From Octopus sinensis (lineage: Eukaryota): a stretch of DNA of 64,000 bases. Position numbers and translations under genes: made by a program. The DNA is taken from contig NC_043011.1 in assembly GCF_006345805.1 (NCBI RefSeq), forward strand, positions 15,822,464-15,886,463, in the 5' to 3' direction. How positions within the stretch are numbered: the first letter of the stretch is position 1; every line of letters begins with the position of its first letter. A model generated the notes under the pieces. That model worked only from the letters and a program-made list of their open reading frames with translations. It was not told the DNA's origin and ran no database searches. Positions 27,681-41,118 of the stretch are shown here, piece after piece.

Positions 27681-29239
27681 GGAAATATACATATAAATAT
27701 AAATAAATATATATATATATATATATGTATATGCGTGTGTGTGTGAGAGAGAGAGGGAGGAAAGTGTTGTATTTATATGTTTGTTTATGCTTCTTGCCTC
27801 TTGTCCGTCTTCACAGACCGATAGATTCTCTTCTTTCATGTCATGAATTTTCGATTCTCCAAGACTAATGTCATAAGTATTTCTTTGAGACAGACAAGGT
27901 AAGAGAGATTACATAAAGTTCATATAATCTTATGAATTTGAATAAAAGAAACCAAATGGACAATGTACCAGGTGGCGACAACCAGAATGATTGACAAACA
28001 TATGTGGTAAAGCAATTATCTTCAAAACAACCCGGTGGCTAAGTACTATATAAGAGTCAAGTTTACTGATAGAGTGACAAAATCTTTGATACCAATTCAT
28101 TAAGAGTAGTTTGCAAACATTTGTGTGTTGTTAAAAGATGAGTGTTGTATCCAGTAATTATAAAGTTACTTCACAGATAAGTATTTTTGATTATAATTAC
28201 GAAGCATATAAATTGCAATAGAACTGCATCAGTGCTAAAAGCCTATCTTCAGAAACATACAGTCAGAGAAATGTGCGCTTACATAGGTCCTACCATTCTG
28301 GATAACCGGATAAACTGTGTCCCCGTTTCAGTCCGATGCTTGTGCTAGTAGCAGCAGCCTCCCAAACGCTGGTGTAGCTGGTCCCTTAGAAGTCACATCG
28401 GGGACAGTGTTTGAAGACTGGCTGTAGGTTGGGAGCTGTGGTGGTGAAAGCGGTTGTTGATGGTGATGAAAAGCGTGGTAGTCGGTGATGGTCGTAGTAA
28501 TGCTCAATGATGTGATAGTAGTCGGGGACGTGTTTTCTACATCGATGAAGTGAGCGATGTAGGGAAATATGGAAGACATCTCCTTCGTTTATGATTTTGT
28601 AACTCCTATTACCATTTGCTGAATAAATAATACTAAAAATGTCTTCCAATTACCTTTTTTATGAAATTTCTCTGCAAAAAATATTTTCCAATAATACTGA
28701 ACTCTTATGAATACATCCAACAATTATAACATCTACATACAATTTTAAAGTAATGACATATGCAGATGTAATTCAGCAGAACACTGCTTTGATTATAAAC
28801 ATATTCGTATACATATAAGTGCATAAATGCATATATATACACATTTACCTAGCTATCTATTTATATATACGTATATAGATATGAATATATATACATGTAT
28901 GTATACTCACACATAAATATATTTACTCAAACCCATATGTTGGTTTGGTTAATGTAATTATATAGAATGTGAGATGAGGAAAATGTTTGCGTACTGTGAC
29001 ATAAATAACCCAACAAAGTTATATTTAAAACCATATTTGCAATGATGCATAGTATATTCTAGGCCTTACAATGCGTAAGATAGAAATATTTTAGACGAAT
29101 ATCTTTATATCGCATATGCACATAGTAATTATAAACAGAATATGAATGATAATTATATACAAAGAGGTTTTACTATATAGTGATATGTATGCTTGTATGT
29201 AACTCTGCATTATAACATCAAGTTGATTATACTGGGGAA

Positions 29240-29476
29240 GAATAAGGCGGCGAGCTAGGAGAAACGTTAGCACGCCGGGCGAAATGCGTAGCCGTATTTC
29301 GTCTGCCGTTACGTTCTGAGTTCAAATTCCTCCCAGGTCGACTTTGCCTTTCATCCTTTCGGGGTCGATAAATTAAGTACTAGTTACGCACTGAGTCGAT
29401 ATAATCGACTTTATCCGTTTGTCTGTTCTTGTTTGTCCCCTCTATGTTTATCCCCCTTCTGGGTAATAAAGAAACA
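29240..29476 (+). mobile_element. SINE family C with 12-bp TSD
   Basis: TSD TATACTGGGGAA at 29228-29239 and 29477-29488. Confidence 0.9.
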
Positions 29477-30379
29477 TATACTGGGGAACAATTTTGTACA
29501 TAATTTCGGTTCCGTTCAATTTTTGCACGTGATTTAGACTAAAATTAGCATGACGATTTCAAATCTAAGGTCAATTTTCTTCTATCATGTCAAGATTTTT
29601 TCTACCGGTTACTCTCTAGATAGGCACAACAGTATTGTTTACGCGTAAATAGGAGTATTAATCAGCTCATTGCTTTAATTATTTTATTGAGACCTGCTGA
29701 GATCTGAATATCAAGGCAGCTTTTCAAATCTCGACCTAATGTCAAATCTTCCTCTTAAAAAATTAACCACTATAATTGATCGGTCAGTTGTCTCATCTGA
29801 TTCTAAATCCTTAAGCGTCAATTTCCAGGTTGAGGGGGAGGTTGGAAGCTGAATTGGTGATACGATGCATGGAATTACATGCTTGCGACTAAGATATGGA
29901 AGTGACAAGCACTGTGGTGGAGAGGTTTCTAAGTTAGAAGGCAAAGCAACAGATTTGTACTGATTTGTACAGTGGAACTTTTAAAGCTTGTATGGCTTTG
30001 AAGTGAACGAACTGTTTGTTTAAATTGTGGAGTAGTTCTGTCCTGGAGTCTGAGGCCTAAGTTTCTACGCTGTTCTTTTCTCATATGAATTATTCGTATG
30101 CATATATGCCTGGGATATTTGTATGAATGTATACGTATGTATATTCATTCTTGGATGTATATCCATACCTATTCATGTGGAAGACACATATTCATCTGGG
30201 AGAGTGGTTACAGGCCCCTGTGATCGCTCTATGTAGGTGAAAATTGTCGAATTCTGCAAATAATACATAAATCTTTGTATGCAACGGGTAGGTAGATCTT
30301 ATGTAAGCATTAATGTTTCATTCTATGAAGCTTGTGACTGTTCAACTTAATGTTTATTCCGATATTTATTTCCTTTCAT

Positions 30380-31540
30380 TCAGATTTTGTCCCCTTCTGC
30401 TACAGGTTATTGTGATTGCTTAAACGATCCCTATTTCTTTTGCTATAGCTGATGCAGTTTCACCATTACCTGATAAAGGTCAAATATCTGCACATTTGTG
30501 AAGCCAAGCTAACCTGCATATTTTAAAATATAAAAGTTGATATTAAGACATATCTTGGGCCCCCTCACACTGTGTGCAAGCGATATGTCGAGAGTTTACA
30601 GATGAGAACCACGGGAACACGTAGAAGTTGGCATATGGTATACCTATGATTAGATGATAACCAAATCCAAAAGCTCATTGCAAAGACTATTTAGTGAAAC
30701 TTCAGAATATTGCTAGAAAATATAAAATTGATGATCCTTATCTATTATCAGTTATATATCCACCGCCTCATTCAGCTGAAATCCCAGGGCCAGTTTGCAT
30801 TCAACTACCCTCTTTTGAAAATGGAGGCAGATTTTGTAATTGAAGATGATACACATTTTCAGAGATCCGATCAGCATAAGTTGAATGATTTGGTACGAGA
30901 TTTGGGGCGATTAAAAATGGCTTCGAACTCTTAGCATGAACACTGGATGAGTGCTTGCAAAATTGTCGAATGTATTCTATTTTCGACTCAGTAAAAAGGA
31001 CATTTCTGCAGTAATTTCGAAGTGACTATAGGTTTGTGTCACTGCCATAATACGCAGAGTTTATTGGAGTAATTGAGAACTCCGATCCACGAATCTAATG
31101 AATGGGGATTGTTCAACAATAGTTCAAAGCTGTTTCTACGCTGCACTTTGTCTTCGTAAAGGAGATGGACTGAGAATGAGAGTTAATGAGTTGTTGCACT
31201 AACACAATTGGATTATCTGTGAGGATCTTTAAATTGTAATGCTTCCTTCTTGGTCAACAATGCAGACACACTTACACTGCTTCCAGTACACTTGAACCAG
31301 TAGAGCTCGAGAGATGCATTGGGTGTAGAGAAATTGATTGACAAGACCTCATCTCAAACTTGGTGATCCCAACGTTTAATATGAGCCACTTGTTGACATG
31401 AACGAAGATTATATTCACACGTCTGCATAGGAAGTCATGAAGGAAAATGATCAGGGTAAATGTCATGTAAATATGATGGCTGACTAACGCTGAAGCAGCA
31501 AGTTAAATTGTCCATTGGTTGAAATCTCCTGAAAAAGATA
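30380..31540 (+). mobile_element. Heavily decayed DDE transposase, probably Chapaev3-like (CMC)
   Basis: Fragments LNDLVRDLG..LKMASELLA, EWGLFNNSSK, HNWIICEDL..FLLGQQ, EPLVD and QGKCHVNMMAD match a widespread family I associate with Chapaev3. The family name is from memory. Confidence 0.55.
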
Positions 31541-32480
31541 TAAGTGGGCAAAAATTTTACCTTAACTACTTTTACACAATTTAAATCACAGTAACAATAT
31601 GTTTTGTGTGAACAAAATAATTTCTACAAACATTACAATTTATGTAAATTTTTATGTAAAATTTTAAAAGCATTCTATTAAATAAAAACAAATTTGTTGG
31701 GTGCAGTATTTAATGGCTTCTGAGACAAAGGAAGGGTATCCTGTAGTTCAAAGGGTTAAAGTGATACAGAAGACTGGGGTCATATTTGAATTGAGATATC
31801 AAAAGTTAGTCAAAAACGAATGTTAGGTTTAACCCAACAAAAATCGTGTTCTCCAGTCTTATCGTTTACAGTCATGGTACAAAGTAAACAAAGCGCAAAC
31901 AAGTACAAGATAACGAGAGCACATTTCATAGGACAAAACGGGCTACTCAGGGATTCATTATCCCATTTTTTTATAACCCAGAGACGAGCTTCTGGCATCT
32001 GCGGAAATAGCGTCCCCAAAGTCCATTCCCTCCTCCCCGAGGTGGGAACGCTGGCAGCGGGTAGTGTCTGAGCTATGACGTCGGAAACTTCGGTTCCTGG
32101 TAGGGCCACCCAAGGCGGATTGGTCTGACACCGAGTGGTATTAGGGCCACAACCAGGCAGAAAATCCTCGGAATGTCTGTTTCAGCAACCGGCGGCTCCT
32201 CAGTCGTTCTGTCCCTGCGTCTGCGGAGAATCTGCGGCAAACAGGATGTCTCTGCATGCGGGATTGTTGGGAACCGCTTGTGAAATCTACATATTCCCAC
32301 GAGACTTCTTCCATGCCTCGAGGGTTGTAGAAGAAGCCGCCTCAACCCGCCCAGGGTGAATGTCGCCACAAGTACAAGTAAGAATCTCCGAAATACGATT
32401 TGGTGAGATTTTGCACAACATTTCTTTCATGTCTTTCGCTATCAGTTACAATATACCAGCCTATATTGCTGGGTGAAGGA

Positions 32481-32554
32481 CGTTCCTACTTTATATGGCG
32501 TTCCTAGTTTATATAGCGTTCCTACATTACATGGCGTTCATACTTTATATGGCG
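32481..32554. repeat. 18-bp minisatellite x4 (CGTTCCTACTTTATATGG)
   Basis: Units start at 32481, 32499, 32517 and 32535. Confidence 0.85.
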
Positions 32555-33419
32555 ATATAAATCGGTTGGAGGAGCTGGTCATTCCTTTTATCGAAATATA
32601 ATTAGGTTGTGTTCCTAAAAACAGAATCGGAGCTACTTAGTTCTTATCTCACTGAAAGCACATTACTTATCCTCACCCGCAAATGTATAGACGCAATAAA
32701 TTTTACGAAAAAATTAAGTTTTATAAGTATGTACACGAGAATCTTAAATTTTACGAAATACAAAACAAACAAAAGTATGCGAATATAAGCAAATGAATGT
32801 CTTTACAATTGAAATATGTTTATTTTATGATTTATGAATATGTGTTCTTAATGTTTAACACGTGATTAACCCAGTTTTTATTGAAACGAAAGTTTCTGAG
32901 CCCTTCTACTTCATGCAACTGCATGCGATTTAACGGCGATTTCTCTTCTAAAACTGGATGCAGGCTGCATGAATGCTTAGTAACTTCTCATCGACTACAT
33001 GAGAATATAAATGTTATTGTAAGTGAAGTTGTACATAAAGATAGCACTTAGAAAACATTATGTCCCAATTACTGGGCTGATATATTATAACCTAGAACAT
33101 AAAGTCCCTGCCCAAATATCGCAATTGAATCTATCCCACCATCACGATTCTATGAACCCGGTACTCTTCACTAGTTTCCACTTTACTACTATTGGTTGAA
33201 CACAATTAAAAGCAAACGAATTCCAGTCTGACTTCGTTAATTTTTGCATAGTTATGATTACGTCATCTAATACGACTTTTATTTACAAGACGATATCAAG
33301 TTTGAATTATATTTAACTGTTATATTTTGTTGGTTCAGAGCCCAACTCGCTAACCAATTTTGTGTGTTGCATTAGTTTGTATCTGTTTTACATATATATT
33401 CAACATAATGCAACTGTTA

Positions 33420-33650
33420 AAGGCGGTGAGCTGATATAATCGGTAGCGCACCGGTCAAAATCCTGAGTGGCATTTCGTTTGTCTGTACATTCTGAATTCA
33501 AATTACGCTATGGTCGACTTTGTTTTTCATCCTTTTGGGGTCGATAAAATAAGTACCAGTTGAGCGCTGAGGTCTATGTAATCGATTTACTCACTCCGTC
33601 TCGAACTTAGATCTTTCTGGGAGGAGTGTGGGGGCGCAAAATTTGAAACT
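33420..33650 (+). mobile_element. Decayed SINE family C
   Basis: AAGGCGGTGAGCTG..TTCAAATT..GGTCGACTTTG..GGGGTCGATAAAATAAGTACCAGTTGAGC. Confidence 0.7.
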
Positions 33651-34039
33651 AACATTATGTAAATCTTAAAGATTAAAATGAGTATCTAATTTACTATACA
33701 TTCCACCAAATGCTGTAGGCTAGCGTATCATAAGTCAAACACTTGAAGTAAAAATAAAATCGCAATAGAGTAAATTAAATATCCAATGTTGCCAAAAAAT
33801 TAAATGAAAAAAATAATAGTATAACATCTATATTCTATGGAAACTTTGATAACATACGTCAATAAGGCATCGGCTGAAAAATTGTTTGGGATTTTAGGAG
33901 AAACTAGTGAAGTAAATATACAGACATAGCGGTAATCTACACTACTTAAAAATTCGACAAATGCCCAATTATATATTTTTGTTGATATTCTATGTAAGTT
34001 AATATTCAGAAAAAAATTATCAATGTACTATGAAACAGA

Positions 34040-34400
34040 ACAGAAACTTTCTATTTCCAAAATGAACACTTCATAAACAGATGCAGAAATGTCCATTAAT
34101 CCTCTCTAACGTTATCTTACCTTTGGCCAAAAGGGAAAATTATGACAGCCATAAATGGCTACGCGTTATATACCAGATATGTGGACGATATAATGTGATA
34201 AAGAAAAAAAACAAAGAAAACCTAAACGTCAGCTCTGTTAACATTCAGCATATAGAATAATGAGAAAACAAATATCTTAGCCAAGACTCTATTTTTACAT
34301 AGGAACAATCGGTTGGAATATAACAAGTAGATTATGCCAATTTACACCAAGTTATAAATAAATAAGTATATTCACATGGAAACAATGAATATTAAGAGTG
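34040..34400 (+). mobile_element. Highly decayed Penelope-like RT remnant
   Basis: YTRYVDDI at ~34168-34191, preceded by an FQNE..F segment resembling the PLE RT motif-5/6 region. Confidence 0.45.
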
Positions 34401-35504
34401 ATTTAAAATGCCAAGTGTTGAAAATCCATATGATGTTATATACCTTTTTCATAAGCAACATACTACACAATAAAACTAAGTAAAATTAATACAAAAGTTC
34501 AAGATTAGAAAATAACGATAGAAAATAACGATAGAAAATACAACTTAATAAGTATGTGGGCATTACACCGAGGAAAATGCATAAACCATATATTTTATCT
34601 AATACGAGAAGTATATGTTTATAAATAATAGATGAACATAGATCATGACAAGAAACGAATGATGCGATGCTACAAATCACACACTAGCTCAGTAAAACAC
34701 TAAAATTAAAAATGTACATATCCTTAACGGACAATAGGCATGTAAACTCGCAAAAATTTACTAATGTCCAATGCGATTTGCAAATTTGATTGTAAGCGTG
34801 AAAGTTCTATAGTTTCCGAATTTGACTGATATATTGACCTTACATGTACATCAATCTCAAGTTTGACCACCATACGTTTTTTTACAACAAAGAGAAAAAA
34901 TTACAAAGCACGCCATCGCATATCATAAATCAAAACTAGATACAATAAGCATTAATAAACGACATATCTATGATATAATGCATTTCACATCAAAATAAAT
35001 TATTAATGACGGCAAAATATTCGTAGCATAGCAAAATGCTAGAATAAGCTGACAGTAAATGTGTAGGTCGATCAGGGATAGTCGAAGATGATATGATTGT
35101 CTATGAATCACTTCAACTTCAATGGAGAATACACACGGCGAGTAACGTATAACAATTTTTCTCCACAAGTGTGCAAACAGAAAAGCAGAGTTTCCATCCG
35201 ATAGCCCGATGTCCGGCTAGGGCAATTAGTTCATCGTGTCAGATAGACACTTTGCGGTCTCAATCACCAATTGAAAATTTTCCATGCCCCGAACATTAGG
35301 TCATTTCTTTATTTGCTAGGACTCAAATTTGTTCTTTACTGTTTGAGAAGGAACATTAGATAAGCGTGGTAGACCACCGATGTATGCTTCTTGGAACAGG
35401 ATATTTTACGTTTCATAAAACAAGTTATACGTGTAGCTTATGAATCTATTGCTCAACAATTCAATTTGAAGTATAATATTCTTATCTACTCTAGGCACAA
35501 TTTT

Positions 35505-35600
35505 TGGAGAGGGGGTCAGTTGATTAAATCGACCTCAGTATGCAACTGGTGCTTAATTTATCGACCCCGAAAGGATGAAAGGCAAAGTCGACCTCAACGC
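35505..35600 (-). mobile_element. SINE family C fragment
   Basis: TATCGACCCCGAAAGGATGAAAGGCAAAGTCGACCTC. Confidence 0.7.
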
Positions 35601-35881
35601 TAAATTCATTGAACCTGCTTACGATAAAAATACAGCAAGACACACAAACATTATTTAACGTAAAGTTGAAATTTCAAATACTTAGAAATGTTCATGAGAC
35701 AAAATTCTGAATTATCTGGGAATTTCAATAGGAAAAAAAAAACAAACTCGTTTATTTCGCTGTTGATACCAAGAGATTTTACAATATACTTGTAACATGT
35801 TCAATCTGAGGTTACATTTTACTGCATATTTTAAGTTCCGCTCAAAGAACACAACACTTAAACAACGCAAATATGCACGCG

Positions 35882-35912
<31 letters not shown>

Positions 35913-36301
35913 CACACACACATACACACACACATACTCATGCACACACACGTATATACGTAATCATACTTAGATTAGATGGGATAATGGTATCGTTCCT
36001 TAATTGGTGATATATATTAGTACAGAAAGTAAAAGCATCCACAAGCAACAGAAAAACATTTCTTAAATGCTCTAACGTAAGTATGTTTTTTTATTTTCTT
36101 TCATTGCGTACCTTTTCATTTTATTGAAAAATAAAAAAAAACAACTTTCTTAATCAGTATATGTATAAAACAGAAAAGAAACACACATATGATCTCTTCC
36201 TTCCTTTTCCTAACAATTTTACTATTAACAATATATTATTCTTACTTCTGTACACTACCAAGGATTTATATATGTACATGCATATATATATATATATATG
36301 C

Positions 36302-36385
<84 letters not shown>

Positions 36386-36473
36386 TACACAAATATATAT
36401 GTATGTATATATATATATATATCTATGTGTATATATATATATATACGTATATATGTATATATATATTTACATA

Positions 36474-36548
<75 letters not shown>

Positions 36549-36578
36549 GATACATACATATATATATATATTATATAT

Positions 36579-36910
36579 AGTGAATTGAAGAAATGGAGTT
36601 GAACGAAGATTGAACAGAAATCGTTTTATTTCATTCTACACGTGTTTCGAAAAGAGAAAGACACAATATGGTCTCATTATTCAATCGGAATTTGGTAAAT
36701 TGTGCCTTTCGAAACACATGTAGAATGAAATAAAACGATTTCTGTTCAATCTTCGTTCAACTCCATTTCTTCAATTCACTAATAATATTAAAATTCAATT
36801 ATCCGCACCAACGCACGGTTGCAACACCATATGGTTGTACCTCCAACCGTGCTGTCTTCTGCTGTGATTTTTGCTACCAAGGTATCGGTTAAACTTTTGA
36901 TTAATCTGCA
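36579..36910. mobile_element. Hairpin-ended member of the 46.3-kb hammerhead element family
   Basis: 74-bp arms at 36579-36652 and 36707-36780 (one mismatch). The internal sequence matches 46326-46452. Confidence 0.8.
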
Positions 36911-36935
36911 ACAAGATTATTCATCTTTCTATTTC

Positions 36936-36977
<42 letters not shown>

Positions 36978-37249
36978 TGTACATATATATATATGTATGT
37001 ATGTGTGCGTGTGTTTTGTATGTACTTATATATATATATATATGTGTGTGTATATGTACATGCGTGTGTTGATATTTGTTTTTATGTTCGGTTATTATAA
37101 AACCAGTTTTCCATTGTTCTGATAGGTTACTCTATACTTTCTGTAGAGAACAAATTTATTATTCATTACTTCAGTGTCTTCGAAGTTCCGGTTAGTTAAG
37201 GCTTCGACAGTGGCTTAACCGAAGTCATTGACAATGATAATGTTTACTA

Positions 37250-37343
37250 CTACTACTACTCCTAATAATAATAATAGTAATAATAATAATAATAATAATA
37301 ATCATAATAATAATAATAATAATGATAACGATAACGATAATAA

Positions 37344-37385
<42 letters not shown>

Positions 37386-37405
37386 TAATAATAATAATAA
37401 TAGTA
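37250..37405. repeat. (AAT)n microsatellite
   Basis: Direct reading. Confidence 0.95.
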
Positions 37406-37509
37406 ATAAGGATCTCATTACGAGGTTTTACATGAAGAAAAACATTATGGACTGTACAGGACAAAACAAAAATAATGTGTGCGTAAGTATGTGTTTGAGT
37501 GTGTGAATT

Positions 37510-38400
37510 TGTAAGGGTTTTGCATGTAAACAAGACAATAAATTTTTTTAAAAAGACCCACAAAACCTCAATAGGGCTGCTCATGGAAAAACCCAGTAAA
37601 AACCATAGGTACCCTGACATTTGGGACGCGTTACTCTTTTCGTTTCCTTTTCTCTTTACAACTCCAGGCATATACTCGGGGCAAGACCGTTCACTCGTAC
37701 CATCCTCGCAACTTTCATCCACCTTTCGGCAAACTGACTAAAGGACAATACTTCCCTCTCTACTCTTATTATCCTTTTCAAGTGAAACTCGAAGAATTTC
37801 AATAGGGATTGGCCAAAAAGAAAAGTGTTTGTCTTCAGTCCACTACACAACTTCTTTCGCCATGGCCACCAGGCATATAAAAACAGTCTTTCCATCCCGG
37901 TTAATGGTCGACCTTATCGAAATGGTCGACCCTATCAAAAGCTTTAGACTGATCTGAATTAATCCGTCTCACCCGTGCCAGATTTTCTACCCACCTTTAC
38001 AATGATGTATCGCATGACGTGGAGGTTGTCGTGGATGGATCTCTTCGGGATGGCACATATGTGTGCCTCCCCTACCATATCCCCGACAAGCATCAACCAT
38101 GTAGCTAATACTTGGCCAAAATTTTGACCTCTGCAGTCAGCAGTGTTATGGGGGTAAAGTTGTCAAAACAGTCCCCCTTATGCGGTTCTTTTCTCAGTAA
38201 GGCCACCGCTCCCCGGCTCAAAAAACTAGGATTCGTCCCATTATGTTGCCAGTTGCAGTAAACGTTTGCTAAGAGGTCACCGAACAAGTCTGGCATGTAA
38301 GCGTAAAACTCGTAGGGCAGACCATCCAAAGCAGCCGATTTACCCCTCGTGCAATTAGCAATTGCTTCCTGAATTTCAAAATTTGATATCGGTCTCTACA
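37510..38400 (-). mobile_element. Internally deleted L1/Tx1-clade LINE fragment
   Basis: DGLPYEFY..GAVALLRK..NFTPITLLTAEVKILAK (RT N-terminal region) at 38105-38340, plus a C-terminal LKTNTFL..RWMKVARM segment and 3' UTR. Confidence 0.75.
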
Positions 38401-40308
38401 GCTGTTGTTTTCTTCCGACATGTTTCGTTAGAAAATATTTGGATTAAATGTTATGAAGATATTTTACAATCGAATCGAATGATAATAGCCAGTTCGTAGA
38501 TTTTTGAAAATTCTTTTTGACATTTAATACATATTTTAATAATTTCTGAGTTTGTCATATCACAACGTTTTATGTATTGAGAGGAATCAGTAAAACCGAT
38601 ACCAGTTTTTGTGTAACCTTTGTTACGGTCCTTAATAGATGAAATTTAAATATTGATCACTGCGATTCTGTACCCATATATATGAATGTAGGAATTCACG
38701 CAACATACGATGTACTTTTAAATCGTGTACTGTATAAAACGAAAATGATGTGTGGCTGTTGCTTAAGGTATTTCGTTTTTCAAGAACATTTCAATAAAAG
38801 GGAATGAAATCTAGGTCATCGAATCATGCTGATTGGCTATACATTACTGTGTAATATCTACTGTATGGTAAATATATATCTTAATGGCAGGGATACTTAC
38901 TATAAGATTTATATCTATAACAGCATTAAAGAATAAACTAATATTATGTAGCCTTCAGAAAATATCATTAAAAATCTATACATGTGGTCTGCGGAATAAT
39001 AATTTATATCGAAGAAAACTTAATGTTAGTTAAAAATTCCTGCTATACATTCAAATAATAGTGTATTTATGGCGACGAAATAATTGTTGCTTTTTACCCT
39101 TAAGTCATCACAAATAAAATTGACATATGATCAAAGACATTCTAACTTTGATTATCTTTCATACGTTTGAGACATAGTTCCTCTACGATACTATAACATC
39201 GAATGTAATATTTCCGAGGAAAGACGTAGATACTATTTTTCTTCATTATAAAGTGTATTAATACGAGTATTTGTTCGCGACGGCAGAGGGGGTTGTCGGT
39301 CAACAGTGAAACGCCCGACATGCATAATAGTATGTCGGCAAAATATCCAAGGACCGAAATGGAGAAAGCATTGTGGAAACAACAAAAGAATCAACGTATC
39401 AATGGCCCTAATCAGTTCCTAATTTCATAGTTTCGATATATTCAGTTTAATATGGAGAAAAATAGCAATTGTAAATTGTCGAATTGAGATAGGGAAAATT
39501 GCATTTAGTTTCGTAACTTTAAGTTTACAAATCAAATCTACATGTAATCAGATGCTATTCCACTTCTCATGTGTGTTGATAAGCCCACAGTATTTTGCAA
39601 AATAATGAATTTCGAAAATTAGTAATAAAATTGACGCTAGAAAATAACTTGTAAAAAAAATTTAGGATTTGTTATAAAATAAAAACTGTTCCTCAATTTG
39701 TATTAAAGTATTTGCAGCAATCGCAAAGATTTCGTAAATACGTTGTCAGTAATTGTAATATGTGCTATAAATTAAATGTGATCTTGTAGAAATTTAGATT
39801 GACGCTGCATATTTAAAGGGATACTCTAGGTGAATACAATGAAACGTTTTTTGAATCTTTCGTAATCAGAAAATAAGGGATTGACCTAAATAGTATCTGT
39901 TCTGTTACGAATATTCATTAGAAACTGTTGAAAAAGATTGCTGTGTGGAATTTGCTTTGCGCTGTAATTCATGCATTTCCCAAATAAACTCAGATTCATT
40001 TGTAGTGAAGCGCTATTTTCCTACTGTGTAGGAATGTAAACTCTACAGGTGTATGCAATGACACATTCAGCTTCGATTAAGCGCAATACGATTACTCATT
40101 TCAGTAATTAGTATAGTTAAAACAGGCACACACAAGTTATCGTTTCGATATTACACAATGTGTGTGCATGTGTGTCTCTGTGCGTGTGTGTGAGTGCAAA
40201 ATGGAAAGATTCTATCTCTTCGATTAAGATCAAGTCGAACTGAAATAGATTGTAACCAATAGGGAAAGGACAATTTTTGTTAACAGAATACTGTTAAAAT
40301 ATACTACA

Positions 40309-41118
40309 TAATGTTCTGATCAATAAGTATCCGGACTGTTGTTATAATAACGAAGCTTAAACATGCAGAGTAAAGCCGCTTGGCACAGATTGACCTTGAA
40401 CTCTCCTGTGAACTAAGGTTTAAGTGCTAACTCAATTCTGCTGTTAACAGCAGTGTTTAGAAGTAAGGTGTGTAGCGTGTGATCTTCAAATTGAAAATAG
40501 CAGTGAATCAGCATCGTTCTCGACTCAATCAAGGAGATCTTGTGCCACTGAAACTCGAGTGTTAGTTTGGTCAACTGAAAGCAGTTTTGTCACAAACTTG
40601 ACAGACACGCGTCTCATATCCAAATCTTCAGTGATAATGAACTGAATTGACCCGTAACTAATTTGCACATACCCTGAGACATCACGGATTGTGATTCGAC
40701 GATTTTCACCTCACAGCTGCACGCACATCTGCCGTATTATTCTCAGTTCGTCTCGTTGCCGGTCTTCCAGAACGTTCTCCAGTACCGGCATTTTCCCGCC
40801 ATCTTGGAAACGTCTGAAGCAGTCGTACACTTGTATGCGGCTCATACACTCCTCTCCATACACTTTCTGCAAATTTGCGTAGGCATCTGAGCAGCTATCA
40901 CCATGACAACTTTCTCTGTCATTGTCAATGCCACGGTCACATAATATGCACCTTCCTTCCAAGCACCGCTGTAAACAGAAGAATTGACATGCAACATTAA
41001 AACGTAAGGCACATGCAGAGCAGCCCTCAGGAACAATCTGTGCCAAGTAGTATCACTCTGCGTGCTTTAGCTTCGTTATGATGGCAACAGTCCAGATAAT
41101 TATCGATCATTCCTCATA
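40309..41118 (-). mobile_element. Internally deleted mariner with both TIRs; N-terminal HTH fragment of transposase on the minus strand
   Basis: TIRs TGATCAATAAGTATCCGGACTG and its imperfect reverse complement CAGTCCAGATAATTATCGATCA. Minus frames give LQKVYGEECMSRIQVYDCFRRFQDG and RRITIRDVS..DLDMRRVSVKFVTKLL. Confidence 0.8.
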
